From assembly GCA_965285935.1 (NCBI GenBank), contig OZ260664.1, positions 80,662,001-80,726,000 on the forward strand: a stretch of 64,000 nucleotides of DNA, in the 5' to 3' direction. The DNA comes from Ophelia neglecta (Eukaryota). A model generated the notes under the pieces. It was not told where the DNA came from. It searched no databases and was given only the letters and a program-made list of their open reading frames with translations. Position numbers and translations under genes: made by a program. Numbering within the stretch: the first letter of the stretch is position 1; the number at the start of each line of letters is the position of its first letter. This document shows, piece after piece, positions 50,201 to 60,100 of this stretch.

Positions 50201-51746
50201 CAATGAGTTTTACATCAAATTTGATGAGAAGAAAGTGTGTTTAGTTTAGTTCATCATGAAGTATTGGTCTTTATTTCTTGCAGAGCTACAAAAGAAACAT
50301 GAAACACAGTTAGAAGAAATCACGGTGCGATTTGAACACATCAAAGTCACCCTCTCCGTAAGTCCCTTTTTTCTTGCATTGTAAAACATAACAAAAACAT
50401 ACATAATTCACATGGAGTTAAATTTTGGAATTGCATTGTAATAAACTATGTTGGGTGGCATTATATATACAAATTTAGTTTGCACACTTTTTCTTTAAAG
50501 CATATTTATATTCTATAGGAATAAACTTGGTCAGTCTTTGAAAATGGCACATGTCAAGTACTGAGGTATTGCCAGGAATTTATACTGGTGTTTTTACCCT
50601 CCTTGCATCTTCATGAAATAAGTTCAAGCCAATGATATTGTCTGTAACAAGAGCAAAACATCTCAGTATATAGGTTGATGTTAATTCTTCTGGTATCTGT
50701 TTGTGTGTTTAGGAGAAAGTGGAGTACCTCCGTAACGAGTGTGAGGAGATGAGGCGAAGAGAGAAGACCTACATGGAGGCTTGTAAACGAGACACAGAAC
50801 GTAAAGTCCAGGTGGCCCTCACACCCTACAAACACATACAGCAGGAGATTGAGAGTCTGAAGGCGGTTCTCGAGCTGAGAAACCAGGAAATCCGAGAGCT
50901 ACGTCTGCAGAAAGCCGCGGTAGAGAAGCAGCTGGAGCAGCTTCCTGTGGCCAGGGACCAGGTGACCAGACTACAGCAGAAGGTGGAAAACCTGGAGGCC
51001 ATCTTAGACATCAAGTCAGACTATGAAAAGTAAGGCAGCTCGGGGTATTTCAATTGAGAAATTGCCACTGTTTTGCTACTTATCAGCGGACAGAAGCATG
51101 CATCACAGTCGAGAGTGATGTTGTCTTTTTATGTACTTATTTTTATTAGCATTTGATGTGATAATGGTGATGGATTTTTCCAATGGATGTTATATGTGTT
51201 AACACAATCCCTAAACTTAGTGACAAGCCATAATGCACCTACCTCTCTATGATTTGTGGTTACGTAATTATGAATCTCAATTTTTAGGCAAAAAGCTAAT
51301 TTATCATATTTATTTCATCTTTCAGGCAATTGGCTGAGAAACACCATGGGTTGATTCGTAGGTATGACAGGGAATCTAAGGCTAACAAACGGTTATCAAT
51401 GGACAATGAAGAGTTGGCCTGGCGACTCAGCCAGAGCGCTGACTCTCCAGACATGTTCCGGCGGTCAATAAGTCACTCCCCCACCCAGGGAGAGACCCCC
51501 ACCACAGACCCTCTCAGGCGCCGGAAATCACCCCTCCCTCCCCAATCCCCACGATCTCCTAACGGCATGATGTCACGCTCCGCAGACTTTGACAGATCTC
51601 CCGCATACGGCGGAAAAAGAACTCTAACACCAATAACGCCGACAGATAAAAGTCCTCCCAGGACAAGCTTAAAGCGATCTGGTACCTATGAACTGCTGGA
51701 TCAGGAGTTTAGTGACGAGGAAAAACTACCACAGTCTGATGTGTGA
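1..51746 (+). CDS. MTUS1: MTUS1/MTUS2 (ATIP/TIP150)-family microtubule-associated protein with N-terminal CAP-Gly; 5'-partial; long isoform exons 1-2248, 7546-7710, 18129-18228, 18355-18493, 19271-20459, 20614-20687, 21440-21614, 22271-22387, 42305-42537, 43408-43489, 45341-45499, 46039-46094, 46308-46413, 50284-50357, 50713-51029, 51326-51746
   Basis: All 15 introns are GT-AG with matching phases. Exons sum to 5655 nt (1885 codons including stop) with no internal stop. C-terminal motifs QEIESLKAVLELRN, ESKANKRLSMDNEELAWRL and GFEAMAILVKYL match the MTUS1/MTUS2/CCDC69 coiled coil as I recall it (human QELESLKAVLEIKN, ESKVNKRLSMENEELLWKL, FEALTVVIQHL). Probably a co-orthologue of MTUS1 and MTUS2. 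Confidence 0.85.
7546..7710 (+). CDS. MTUS1: MTUS-like exon (G-YVPDTDSEIGTLTTNSPLDVTSPP...QTS)
   Basis: Acceptor ttctcccgacag|GC, donor CAG|GTGGGT; phase 1 to phase 1; GC-rich coding-like composition. Confidence 0.8.
8231..8395. mobile_element. Degenerate MITE-like element (~165 bp) with imperfect terminal inverted repeats
   Basis: Left AAATTGGAACCTGTGTAAT versus reverse complement of right end ACAGTGAAACCTGTCTAAT; internal repeated ACCTG..TA.TAAGGTCA motif; non-coding. Confidence 0.5.
18129..18228 (+). CDS. MTUS1: MTUS-like exon (AVKPKQLAESDSDLYLSDGTMMADSEVDREETDR)
   Basis: Acceptor tttttctttctag|CT, donor CAG|GTAAAC; phase 1 to phase 2. Confidence 0.8.
18355..18493 (+). CDS. MTUS1: MTUS-like acidic exon (EEVVTDKECEETSGTESQQDEE...VEDLR)
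   Basis: Acceptor ttgttttgttcag|G, donor AGG|GTAAGA; phase 2 to phase 0. Confidence 0.82.
18813..19110. repeat. Degenerate ~110-125-bp tandem repeat with poly-G tracts (probable repeat/TE remnant)
   Basis: TTTGCTTT(T)CT..CCATTT...(CAATTTC)CA.TGTT motif at ~18813, ~18938 and ~19047; the first two are followed by long G-runs and TCTTGG.GCGAT. Confidence 0.55.
19271..20459 (+). CDS. MTUS1: MTUS-like large exon, acidic then K/S/P-rich basic region (putative microtubule-binding)
   Basis: Acceptor ttttgttttatag|GCC, in frame with ORF 19304-20494; donor CAT|GTAAGT; phase 0 to phase 1. Confidence 0.88.
20614..20687 (+). CDS. MTUS1: MTUS-like exon (SRPSNRTTTTLRKVDRSSSVGSDSQ)
   Basis: Acceptor gttttcacag|CG, donor CAG|GTAATA; phase 1 to phase 0. 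Confidence 0.8.
21440..21614 (+). CDS. MTUS1: MTUS-like exon (ESSASDSSISQVSMVSQ...KRKSLIEPPRTSVSKI)
   Basis: Acceptor ttgtgttatag|GAG, donor TAG|GTAAGG; phase 0 to phase 1. Confidence 0.82.
22271..22387 (+). CDS. MTUS1: MTUS-like exon (EPRRSSLVAPGSSRMALAKSPRTPGSQAASPAKKPSLTK)
   Basis: Acceptor gttttgatccag|AG, donor AAG|GTCAGT; phase 1 to phase 1. Confidence 0.82.
25684..25855 (+). CDS. Candidate alternative first coding exon A (MSRWSIQLDLDMDLNQ...ASRMLLEEIE)
   Basis: ATG at 25684, 57 codons + 1 nt, donor AAG|GTAATC in phase 1, compatible with acceptor 42305; coding-like composition. Confidence 0.5.
28407..28554 (+). CDS. Candidate alternative first coding exon B with hydrophobic segment (…VAIHFLLLVIMWKFLACGL…)
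   Basis: ATG at 28407, 49 codons + 1 nt, donor ACG|GTATGT in phase 1; ~19-aa hydrophobic stretch. Confidence 0.4.
32628..32667 (+). promoter_or_regulatory. Putative internal promoter: TATA-like TATATAAG (32628-32635), RFX X-box GTTGCTTAGCAAC (32641-32653), CATAAAAAG (32659-32667)
   Basis: Near-perfect palindromic X-box and TATA-like boxes ~100-130 nt upstream of ATG 32762. Confidence 0.45.
32762..32870 (+). CDS. MTUS1: Candidate alternative first coding exon C, ATIP1/MTSG1-like N-terminus (MYTQLKKISLPEIKLKLALKGVQRRFQYCVLGGKVK)
   Basis: ATG at 32762, 36 codons + 1 nt, consensus donor AAG|GTAAGC in phase 1; KISLPEIKLKLALKGVQRRF aligns ungapped with the recalled human ATIP1 KFSLSTIHIRLTAKGLLRNL. 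Confidence 0.7.
35573..35984 (+). CDS. Candidate alternative first coding exon D, N-myristoylation-like start (MGSQLSSLFRRKEDD...)
   Basis: ATG in gaaATGG context, 137 codons + 1 nt, donor CTG|GTAAGA in phase 1; GC-rich acidic coding composition; internal 57-nt in-frame duplication. Confidence 0.65.
35975..38364. repeat. Higher-order minisatellite of 44-bp monomers and 52-bp variants (GATCATCTTCACACTGGTTATACTTCAAACTTCATTCTGTATTA[CCAGGGTA]), ~50 monomers
   Basis: Read directly: monomer types A (52 bp), B (44 bp) and C (44 bp), arranged AB/ABC with a 376-bp super-period in the 5' half. Confidence 0.97.
40212..40416 (+). CDS. Candidate alternative first coding exon E (MSCSLAKGWMNPPDLLQ...SDYVFSHHS; may start further upstream at ATG 39978)
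   Basis: In ORF 39846-40490; consensus donor CAG|GTGAGC at 40416/40417 in phase 1; GC-rich island. Confidence 0.5.
41316..41600. repeat. 47-bp minisatellite (~5-6 degenerate copies; GAGTCCTGTGGGTGGTCACTGAGTATGGTCAGCCACCGGTGGTTACT)
   Basis: GAGTCCTGT recurs at 41372, 41419, 41466 and 41513 (period 47). Confidence 0.9.
42305..42537 (+). CDS. MTUS1: MTUS-like core exon (DQTRNK...EISRLEALCESRTKELNYIKLQLKQKNTGFEAMAILVKYLTQE), start of the coiled coil
   Basis: Acceptor atattttacag|AC, donor GAG|GTGAGC; phase 1 to phase 0; MTUS-family motif. Confidence 0.92.
43408..43489 (+). CDS. MTUS1: MTUS-like exon (LDAFSCPVVTAQLQETKEQLVKAKQHL)
   Basis: Acceptor gttttcag|CTG, donor TAG|GTATGT; phase 0 to phase 1. 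Confidence 0.88.
45341..45499 (+). CDS. MTUS1: MTUS-like coiled-coil exon (DVTMRQRDALIDEIQCLK...EDAVNE)
   Basis: Acceptor atttttag|AT, donor AAG|GTAGGC; phase 1 to phase 1. Confidence 0.88.
46039..46094 (+). CDS. MTUS1: MTUS-like exon (VVDRHSKEVTTLKSYHERN)
   Basis: Acceptor tcttgttccag|TT, donor AAT|GTAAGT; phase 1 to phase 0. Confidence 0.85.
46308..46413 (+). CDS. MTUS1: MTUS-like exon (LAETKLEHEKLMGEKEKEHQEALTKADQDYKQKLA)
   Basis: Acceptor ttttttcatttcag|TTG, donor CTG|GTAGGT; phase 0 to phase 1. Confidence 0.87.
48365..48425 (+). CDS. Candidate downstream alternative first exon (MACTNTNGTSKFLIIFQAMR) for a ~290-aa short isoform
   Basis: aaaaATGG context, 20 codons + 1 nt, donor GAG|GTAAGC in phase 1 matching acceptor 50284; CRE palindrome TGACGTCA at 48282-48289. 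Confidence 0.35.
50284..50357 (+). CDS. MTUS1: MTUS-like exon (ELQKKHETQLEEITVRFEHIKVTLS)
   Basis: Acceptor tttcttgcag|AG, donor TCC|GTAAGT; phase 1 to phase 0. Confidence 0.87.
50713..51029 (+). CDS. MTUS1: MTUS-like coiled-coil exon (EKVEYLRNEC...QQEIESLKAVLELRNQE...DYEK)
   Basis: Acceptor tgtgtttag|GAG, donor AAA|GTAAGG; phase 0 to phase 2; conserved ESLKAVLE motif. Confidence 0.93.
51326..51746 (+). CDS. MTUS1: MTUS-like last coding exon (…RESKANKRLSMDNEELAWRL…S/P-rich tail…PQSDV*)
   Basis: Acceptor tcatctttcag|G; conserved NKRLSM[DE]NEEL.W motif; stop TGA followed by TAA. Confidence 0.93.
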
Positions 51747-51791
51747 TAAGGGTGAACAGCAAACCATTGAATTGTGTGTGTTTCACCATGG

Positions 51792-51903
51792 ATTATTGCT
51801 AAACAGTGCAAACTAACCTGATTCCGAAGCAGACGTATGTTTACAGCTGAATTATAGCTAAACAGTGGAAACTAACATGATTCTGAGCCAGGCTTATGTT
51901 TAG
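51792..51903. repeat. Imperfect 59-bp tandem duplication in the MTUS-like 3' UTR
   Basis: ATTATTGCTAAACAGTGCAAACTAACCTGATTCCG… (51792) versus ATTATAGCTAAACAGTGGAAACTAACATGATTCTG… (51851). Confidence 0.75.
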
Positions 51904-53949
51904 TGAAATATCAGTGAAAGTCTACAATCTGTCAGTCCTCTTCAGGGAAGAGCCTCAGTCACAGGATGACAGACGGGGGATAGCTGCAATGACCTGCAGA
52001 GTGAAAGGTTCTCAACTCTACCTGCTACACTGGATAAAACAGGACCTTGGGTACCACTGTGGGGCGCCACTGTGGGACTCCTAGCATGATGGTGGAGATT
52101 CCTCATCAAAGGGCCACAGGTTTTAAGCATTATCATACCCTGGGGCTGGGAAGATTAAATTCAGGCACCAAATGAATACAAAAGGATATTGGTTCAATAT
52201 CCAGAGATTGAAGTAACAAAACCTAACCTTGATACAGTTTTTGTTAGACTGGAACTTTTACTGGCAACTTTTATGTTAAAAAGTAACAGTTCTTGAGAAA
52301 ACAGATATATTAACTACCTAGATAGGGCTTTGTGTGTATGAAAAGTAATATCATATGATACTTAAGACATGAGAGATGATCCTTAAGGTTTAAAATGTTA
52401 AGTAAGGTGCATTGAAATGGCTCTTATGAAGATATGTCTTTACTACATAAGGCGTTGATGTTTTGCCATATGCAAATTACCCACATTGTACCTTCACTAT
52501 TGATATATTCACTCTGACCTTAATGTTGTCATTTTTTCATTCATAAATACCATAAAAGTTGTTGTATGCAATATGTCACCATGTAATTATGCAATATAGG
52601 ATAAAATGTCTACTTATTGTGTCATTGAAGGGTGTTCATCAGTGTCATCCATTTGCTTACTAGCAATGCGTTTTTAATTAGATGAATTGGCCATATTTAA
52701 GTTTGTCGGTTTGTCACTTCATGTAAGAGAGCTGTGCTCGGCTAATTCTGACCGCTGGCAGTTGATTTTTCTTGATAGGCAGCTTCCTCCTTCCACACGT
52801 TTTCATTGGTTCACATATCTTGCCTTTTACAAATTCACCATGAAAGCCAGTCCCTACAAGTCAACGTTGTTTACTGGAAATGCAGTCAAACATTTCTAAT
52901 ATGAAATTCCTCTTAATTCACAGAGCTTGCTTGAAATTAGTAATATTAACAAGTGACCTTTTTGAGAGAAGAGTTGGTATAATTAAACTTTTAAATTGCC
53001 ACAGGTAATGTTGCACGTTTTTCCTGTAAGACGTACTAACCGTTATCCAGTAGTGTATATCGGGCCTTCCGCGTCACTCCGTGTTATGTAATGATCTGTA
53101 CTCATAGATTGGTGTCCTGCAAAACTGTACTGCGTCGATAGTGTATCTCAGCCCTTGTTAATGTAAATGTGTCTGTTAACAGGTATATATATATATATAT
53201 ATTTAAGATATGGTGCTTTATTTGTACACTTGCTAATTCATGTTATTTTGTACAGTGTAGGGCAGTTGCTATACGTGTAGTCTGTTTGGTAGTTGTAGTA
53301 GAAATCGTTGAACTTGTTGACAACAAAAACTATATTTCTGTAGTTTAATTAAGAACAGAATATTTCATACACCACTTTAAGAAGTAATAGTGCCTCATTG
53401 GGCTTTCCTTCCAAACATCTTTTGCTCGGATGTTTCCTGTGTTTTCACATGCATGTAACCATACAGAGACAGTGACACTACTAATCCCATGTGTATTCTG
53501 ATAGTGGTAAACATGCAGAAGCTTGTTCCTGGAGTATTTTCCCACTTCCTTTTTTCCTTCAAGACAATGTTTCATATCCTAGCCAAACAAACTGGGCGTC
53601 TCTTAGGTAGAGACTCTTTATGTAAAGAATAGCCCCATGTTATTGTAGATCTACAGCTACCGTGAAATAGATGCGACAGGTTGTACTACATTTGTGGTGT
53701 AATTTAATATACCATGCACAGTTCCTACACCATATTTTTAACGAGTGTTTTGTCCAGGTTGACCAAACAAACCAATCAGATTATCTGTAACACATGTTCA
53801 GCAGAGATAACCTGTTCAACTTATAGCTCTAAGTGTGTTTCAAATTGAATTAACAATAACAAATAAGTTGTTTTAATGTAGTTAACTTTCAATTCCAGAA
53901 AAATATAAGCTGTAATATTGATCTTATAGTTTAAGGCATGTCTTGACTT

Positions 53950-54001
53950 AATAAAATGATCTCTTCAAATATTGCATAAACTTTCTGTAAACTAAAATAA
54001 A
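53950..54001 (+). promoter_or_regulatory. Candidate polyadenylation signals for the MTUS-like gene (AATAAA at 53950-53955 and 53996-54001)
   Basis: First AATAAA hexamers I found downstream of the stop codon; no transcript data. Confidence 0.35.
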
Positions 54002-55342
54002 TGGATGAACTTACCATTTAGGTTATTTTAAGGTAAACATTGTACTTACACTGGAATGAGAATACTAGTTAAGTTTGAGTCAATAGGTTTAATTATTGAA
54101 CAATTAACTCTTATTTATGAAATTTGTCATTATTTGACTTAATTAAATGCATGAGATTTATGCAACATTTACCTATGGTATGTTTTGTATTTATTTTTTG
54201 TCATTTGTATTTTCATCAAATTGATATTTTATGGTTCATACAGGTACCCTCTATTGAGGATAATGTGCTATTTATTTATACAACAAGAGACTTTGTGGTT
54301 TGAACTTCAATCAGATCTTTGCCCAGCAGTGTTATCATACAGTGTAGACATATTTCAATATTCTATACGAAAATCTTAACTAGTTTCACATCATCCATAA
54401 ATTATTGCTAAGGTCATTATAAAATGTATCTCATAATGAATCTAGTACCAATTACAATTTTATAAAAATGCTGGTAATACTAGTTTGATTAGTAAGTGCA
54501 AGCTATACTTGTATGTACATTAATTGAGTATCTTGTAAGCTTGGGAACTAGGGCCTTTATCTCCAACCTTCCTTCATAGCAGAGTGTATGTAGCCCTGCA
54601 CTCTCCCTCGGGTCATGTGGTGATAGGAGTGCAAAAAGCATTGACATCTGCTATGAAGGGAAATCTGCAGCATATCCAAATCAGATTTTGAAAAATTAAG
54701 AGGAAATTATGTAAAGTGACCAAAACATGAAGGATTTTGCATTTTGATGTTTTTCATAGGACACATCTCCTTTGTTAATTCACCAAAGAGAAAAATGCTA
54801 TTCGCTTTTTATGGAATTCTACTTTCAAGGAAATAAATGTAAATATGTTTACTTGCATAATTAGTTATTTTTTTCTCTATAATATGCTTTAATTAAAAAA
54901 AAAGTTATCAAATCAAAGAAAACAAGCCTCAGAAAAGGAATCCATCCTGTATCATAGGAATTATTATTATATAGAGTACAACTTCTCTGAAAGATCAGTC
55001 AACACATGTAACACCTCAGTATCTGTGACTTAAGGGGGCACTGGCCTCTTGAAGATTAAAAAAATCTCATTTCTGGATAGAAAATATCAAAGTTATATGT
55101 ATAAATAGGCTATTTAATTACTATAGATCTATATATAGTTTTTTTTTTAAATAAAGCCTTTAACATGTAGACTTTGTGGGCCTACCCAAAACAAGAATTT
55201 GGCTACTTAGCTACTCTTCCTGTTGGGATGTCTGTGTGCTGTGACTGGTTGAGAGCTTATCAGCATGCACATGTACACAATATGCTTGTCCACTACTACC
55301 TATGTATAACTAGTTCTACATAGGTAGCAGCGTACAGGTGCT

Positions 55343-57168
55343 TTGTGTACCTGTGAGCAGCATGTCAGTTACAGGCCTTCCTTCCCTTACCTAGTCTGCA
55401 TGCACAGCCAAACAGGAAGAGAACAGGCGCCTTGTGTACCTGTGAGCAGCATGTCAGTTACAGGCCTTCCTTCCCTTACCTAGTCTGCATGCACAGCCAA
55501 ACAGGAAGTGAACAGGCGCCTTGCGTACCTGTGAGCAGCATGTCAGTCACTGACAAGGAAGTGGACAGGCACCTCATGTGCCTGCAAGGATTATGCCCAG
55601 CACAAGCCTTCATTCCCTTTACCTGCTCAGGAAGCACACAGCCAAACAGGAAGTGGACAGGCACCTCTTGGGACTGCCAGGAACATTTCAGGCACAGACC
55701 TATCTCCCCTTCATCTGTTTAGCATTCACAGCCAAACAGGAAGTGGACAGGCACCTCATGTTGTGGACAGGCACCCTGTGTACCTTCGAGCAGTCTGCCT
55801 GTCACAGGCTAGGAATTAGACAGGCACTTTGAGAACCTTTTGAGGAGCATGCCAGTCACAGGCCTTCCTTCCTTTTCCTGTTCAGGAAGCACACAGCCAA
55901 ACAGGAAGTGGACAGGCAGTTTGTGTACCTGTGTGCAGTGTGCCAGTCACCGGCCTGGAAGTGGGCATGCGCCTCATGTACCTGTGAACAGCATGCCAGT
56001 CACCGGCCTGGATGTGGACGGGTGCCTCGTGTACCTGTGAACAGCATGCCAGTCACCGGCCTGGAAGTGGACATGCGCCTCGTGTACCTGTGAACAGCAT
56101 GCCAGTCACCGGCCTGGAAGTGGCCAGGTGCCTCGTGTACCTGTGAACAGCATGGCAGTCACCGGCCTGGAAGTGGCCAGGTGCCTCGTGTACCTGTGAA
56201 CAGCATGCCAGTCACCGGCCTGGAAGTGGACATGCGCCTCGTGTACCTGTGAACAGCATGCCAGTCACTGGCCTTGAAGTGGCCAGGTGCCTCGTGTACC
56301 TGTGAACAGCATGCCAGTCACCGGCCTGGAAGTGGCCAGGTGCCTCGTGTACCTGTGAACAGCATGGCAGTCACCGGCCTGGAAGTGGCCAGGTGCCTCG
56401 TGTACCTGTGAACAGCATGCCAGTCACCGGCCTGGAAGTGGCCAGGTGCCTCGTGTACCTGTGAACAGCATGGCAGTCACCGGCCTGGAAGTGGCCAGGT
56501 GCCTCGTGTACCTGTGAACAGCATGCCAGTCACCGGCCTGGTAGTGGACGGGTGCCTCATGTACCTGTGAACAGCATGCCAGTCACCGGCCTGGAAGTGG
56601 AGGGGTGCCTCGTGTACCTGTGAACAGCATGCCAGTCACTGGCCTTGAAGTGGCCAGGTGCCTAGTGTACCTGTGAACAGCATGCCAGTCACCGGCTGGA
56701 AGTGGACGGGTGCCTCGTGTACCTGTGAACAGTATGCCAGTCACCGGACTTGAAGTGGAAATGCTCCTCGTGTACCTGTGAACAGCATGCCAGTCACCGG
56801 CCTGGTAGTGGACGGGTGCCTCGTGTACCTGTGAACAGCATGCCAGTCACTGGCCTTGAAGTGGCCAGGTGCCTCGTGTACCTGTGAACAGCATGCCAGT
56901 CACCGGACTGGAAGTGGACGGGTGCCTCGTGTACCTGTGAACAGTATGCCAGTCACCGGACTTGAAGTGGAAATGCTCCTCGTGTACCTGTGAACAGCAT
57001 GCCAGTCACCGGCCTGGAAGTGGACATGCGCCTCGTGTACCTGTGAACAGCATGCCAGTCACCGGCCTGGAAGTGGCCAGGTGCCTCGTGTACCTGTGAA
57101 CAGCATGCCAGTCACCGGACTTCCTTCCCTTTACCTGCTCAGCATGCACAGGCAAACAGGAGGTAAGG
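55343..57168. repeat. Tandem array: ~23 copies of a 53-bp unit (GTGCCTCGTGTACCTGTGAACAGCATGCCAGTCACCGGCCTGGAAGTGGCCAG) embedded in degenerate ~89-bp related units
   Basis: GTACC recurs at 55925, 55978, 56031 and on to 57090 (period 53); GTAC at 55347 and 55436 (period 89). Confidence 0.96.
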
Positions 57169-60100
57169 GTTTTTTAGTAGGTAAGCAGATTGCACAGCCC
57201 CTCCAAAGAGTGAAAGAAAATTATTTTTACTAAACTTTTTTTTTTCAGATTTGAAAAAAAGAGTTGTATATCCTGAACTTTTCATATGAATCACAAGCTT
57301 TTACACACATTATAAGTTGATAAAATCTTAAAATTTGCAGATTTTTGGCAACAACTACAACAAATTCCAAAATGAGCATGCAAGAAAATTAAGCATGAAA
57401 AAAAAATTGCCCTTTCAAAACGAAGAAAGTGAAGTCTTATCTGTGTACTGGCAAAAAGTTCCCCTGTGGAGGGGGGGGGGGATAGGTGGTAGGGGTGTGT
57501 GTATAAATAAAAGCCCAACAATGCCCATACCAATCTACCCCAAGCTATAAGCTGATTGCAATACTCCTACAACTATTTAAGATACCATGTAAACATTATA
57601 CTTACACTGGAGTGAAATCTTCAGAGAATACAAGTTAAGTTAGGTCATAAGTGAAAAGATGATTATATTATTATGAATCATTTATGAATTCTGAGGCTGT
57701 AAGTGAGCAGAGAATGTGACTTGGAAAACTTGGATAAATAATGTGTTGGCCCGGGGCATGCCATTTCCAGTAAGATGTAACATGGTTCATCAATGTGACC
57801 AGATCACCAAGTTTTTGATCACATTTCTGTCAACAAAAAAAAGAAAAAAATGTCATTTTATGCAAAAGTGCCAATTTAATTCTGTGACAACATTTTACCA
57901 TAACAGTATCTTTTTAAATAACAAACATCAGTAAACAGGTAGTATATTATATTTATTTGGCAAATAACAGGGTACAACTAAGTTAAACTGTTAAAACGGC
58001 CCAGAACATATAAAGGAAGAAAGCAACTGATATGACTATGGTTTTCAAACAGACAGATATTCTTGTCAATCAACAAATACACTTCAAACTGTTGTCATAA
58101 ACACTGAACTTTTATAAATAGGTTCAATCTAATACAAGAAACATTGGACAAAATTGAGCTTGAAAAAACACAGAAATTAATTTAAATTCTAAGCAATACA
58201 CACATATCAGTAAAATTAAGGGTGACCATTTTAAAACATGGTGCACTTCATATCTGGTATCAATCTACTACCAAAGCTCACCATACTCCCGACTACAATT
58301 TAATATATATCTACTGCATATATTCATTGCTAAATCAACTCAAATATAATATTAACTCCAAGAGTCTTGCATATCCTACTTCAATGCCCTATGCAGGTAT
58401 TATGCACATAGGTCAGGATTTAAACTAGATCTGAAGTAATATATCTCCCAGGGATCATTCAGTTTCCAGTCAGATTATATGTTCATATGTTAACAGATTG
58501 TCTCAAACTTTCTCCAGGCATTCTCTTGCTGTAGTCCCTTGCAAAGCTAAATAATATATCTACAATAAAATTGAACTGTCCACTTTATGAAGGTAGAAGT
58601 AGTGTTAACATGAAATTTTCACTGTATCCATTTTTTGTAGAACAGGCCTTATCTGATTTCTTGCGCCATTCAATCACCATCAAATACTAATGGTGAAGGT
58701 AATGTTCACAGCACTTTTTTCAAATTCTTGAGTCAAGGAAATGAGTTGAGGTAAGGGGGGTCCCCATTCCCACTTGGAAAAATAGACAAATCTGAATCAC
58801 AGCAATCTGGGTTTTTAATTTCATAAGGAGTAAGCTATTTTACACATCCAAATCAATTGAAAGAATGAATCCCTACTCAGGGAAAACAAAACAAGTTGAT
58901 CAGGACTTCCAAGGTCACGTTAATGAAATTCCTTGATCCTGAATCAAGGACAACTGATAAATTAACGGTTAAGTTCCCAGATCATGGCCAATTAAAAAGG
59001 CCATTCCCAAGGGTCAGTAATACCCCTGACAGCCCTGCTAAAATCCATGGAAAACTGCCATGCTTTACTAATACTACTACCCATTTCATCCACTTTTTTT
59101 TCACACTCTAACAGTCAATTCCAATCACATATGTTACACTTTCGCAACAATTAAAATTATAAACAATGTACCGGTGTACATGGATTACATACAACCAAGT
59201 ATTTTCAATCAAGTATTACAACTCTCTTCATTCAATTTGTGATGCAAATACGGCTACATAATTGTTATTTCTATTTTTCAATTTAATAGTGTTATATATT
59301 AGTTTTCAGGTTACATATATACTTGTTAATTCTTCTTCTCTTTTGTCTCCTTTATGTATATTTGTGCTATTGTGCATGAAGCTTCTCATTGTTCTTGTCA
59401 GACATGGTCTGAGCTGACACAGACACATGAACAGACAGCAGACCCTGTTCTTGTAATACAACACCCAGAGGGGAAAGCATTCAAATCTTACACTTTCATC
59501 TTTTCAAAAATGCTTGGCCCTGTATAAATTAACATGACCTTAATACTGAGCAAGCTTAAATAAGTTCACAGATCACATTAAGTGTGGAAAAGTGTCATCA
59601 TAGTTAACAGGCACAGAGTAGGCCATAGTTCTTATCAATAATAATTGGCAATTACTTATTGGCCCGGATATAATATTAAGTGAAATAAATAAACAAGAAA
59701 TAAATTTGTTTGGATTTGACAGAAAGCAGCTACACCACTTGCAGCATACAAACTGTGTCATTATGTGAAAGTGCTCATGGTGGGGGTCTCTTCTTAGAAA
59801 TATTATGGGAGTACACAACATTACAAGTGTATGATATCTGCAACCAAATTACTGTACTTCTCATTTTAAGCTTGAAATGGTAAAATAAACTAAAATTTTG
59901 AATATTTGATTCAAATTTATTTGATTTTGTTGTTGACCATCACCAAAAAATTAATCTTTGTGTAGCATGGAATTGTGATTTTATGTACCTTGAATCGTTG
60001 ATTGCCCTAAACTGTAAAATGCAATAATTATTTCTCATTTACTATGAAGTGATTTATTTTACTTGATTTGTAAAAGAAAATTCTTATTTTTAGTGAATTT

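Noticed and set aside
55925-57120. CRISPR array or repeat-encoded protein (ORFs 55432-56093)
   Set aside because: The variable part is only ~8 nt and recurs; the 53-bp unit is not a multiple of 3 and frames hit stops
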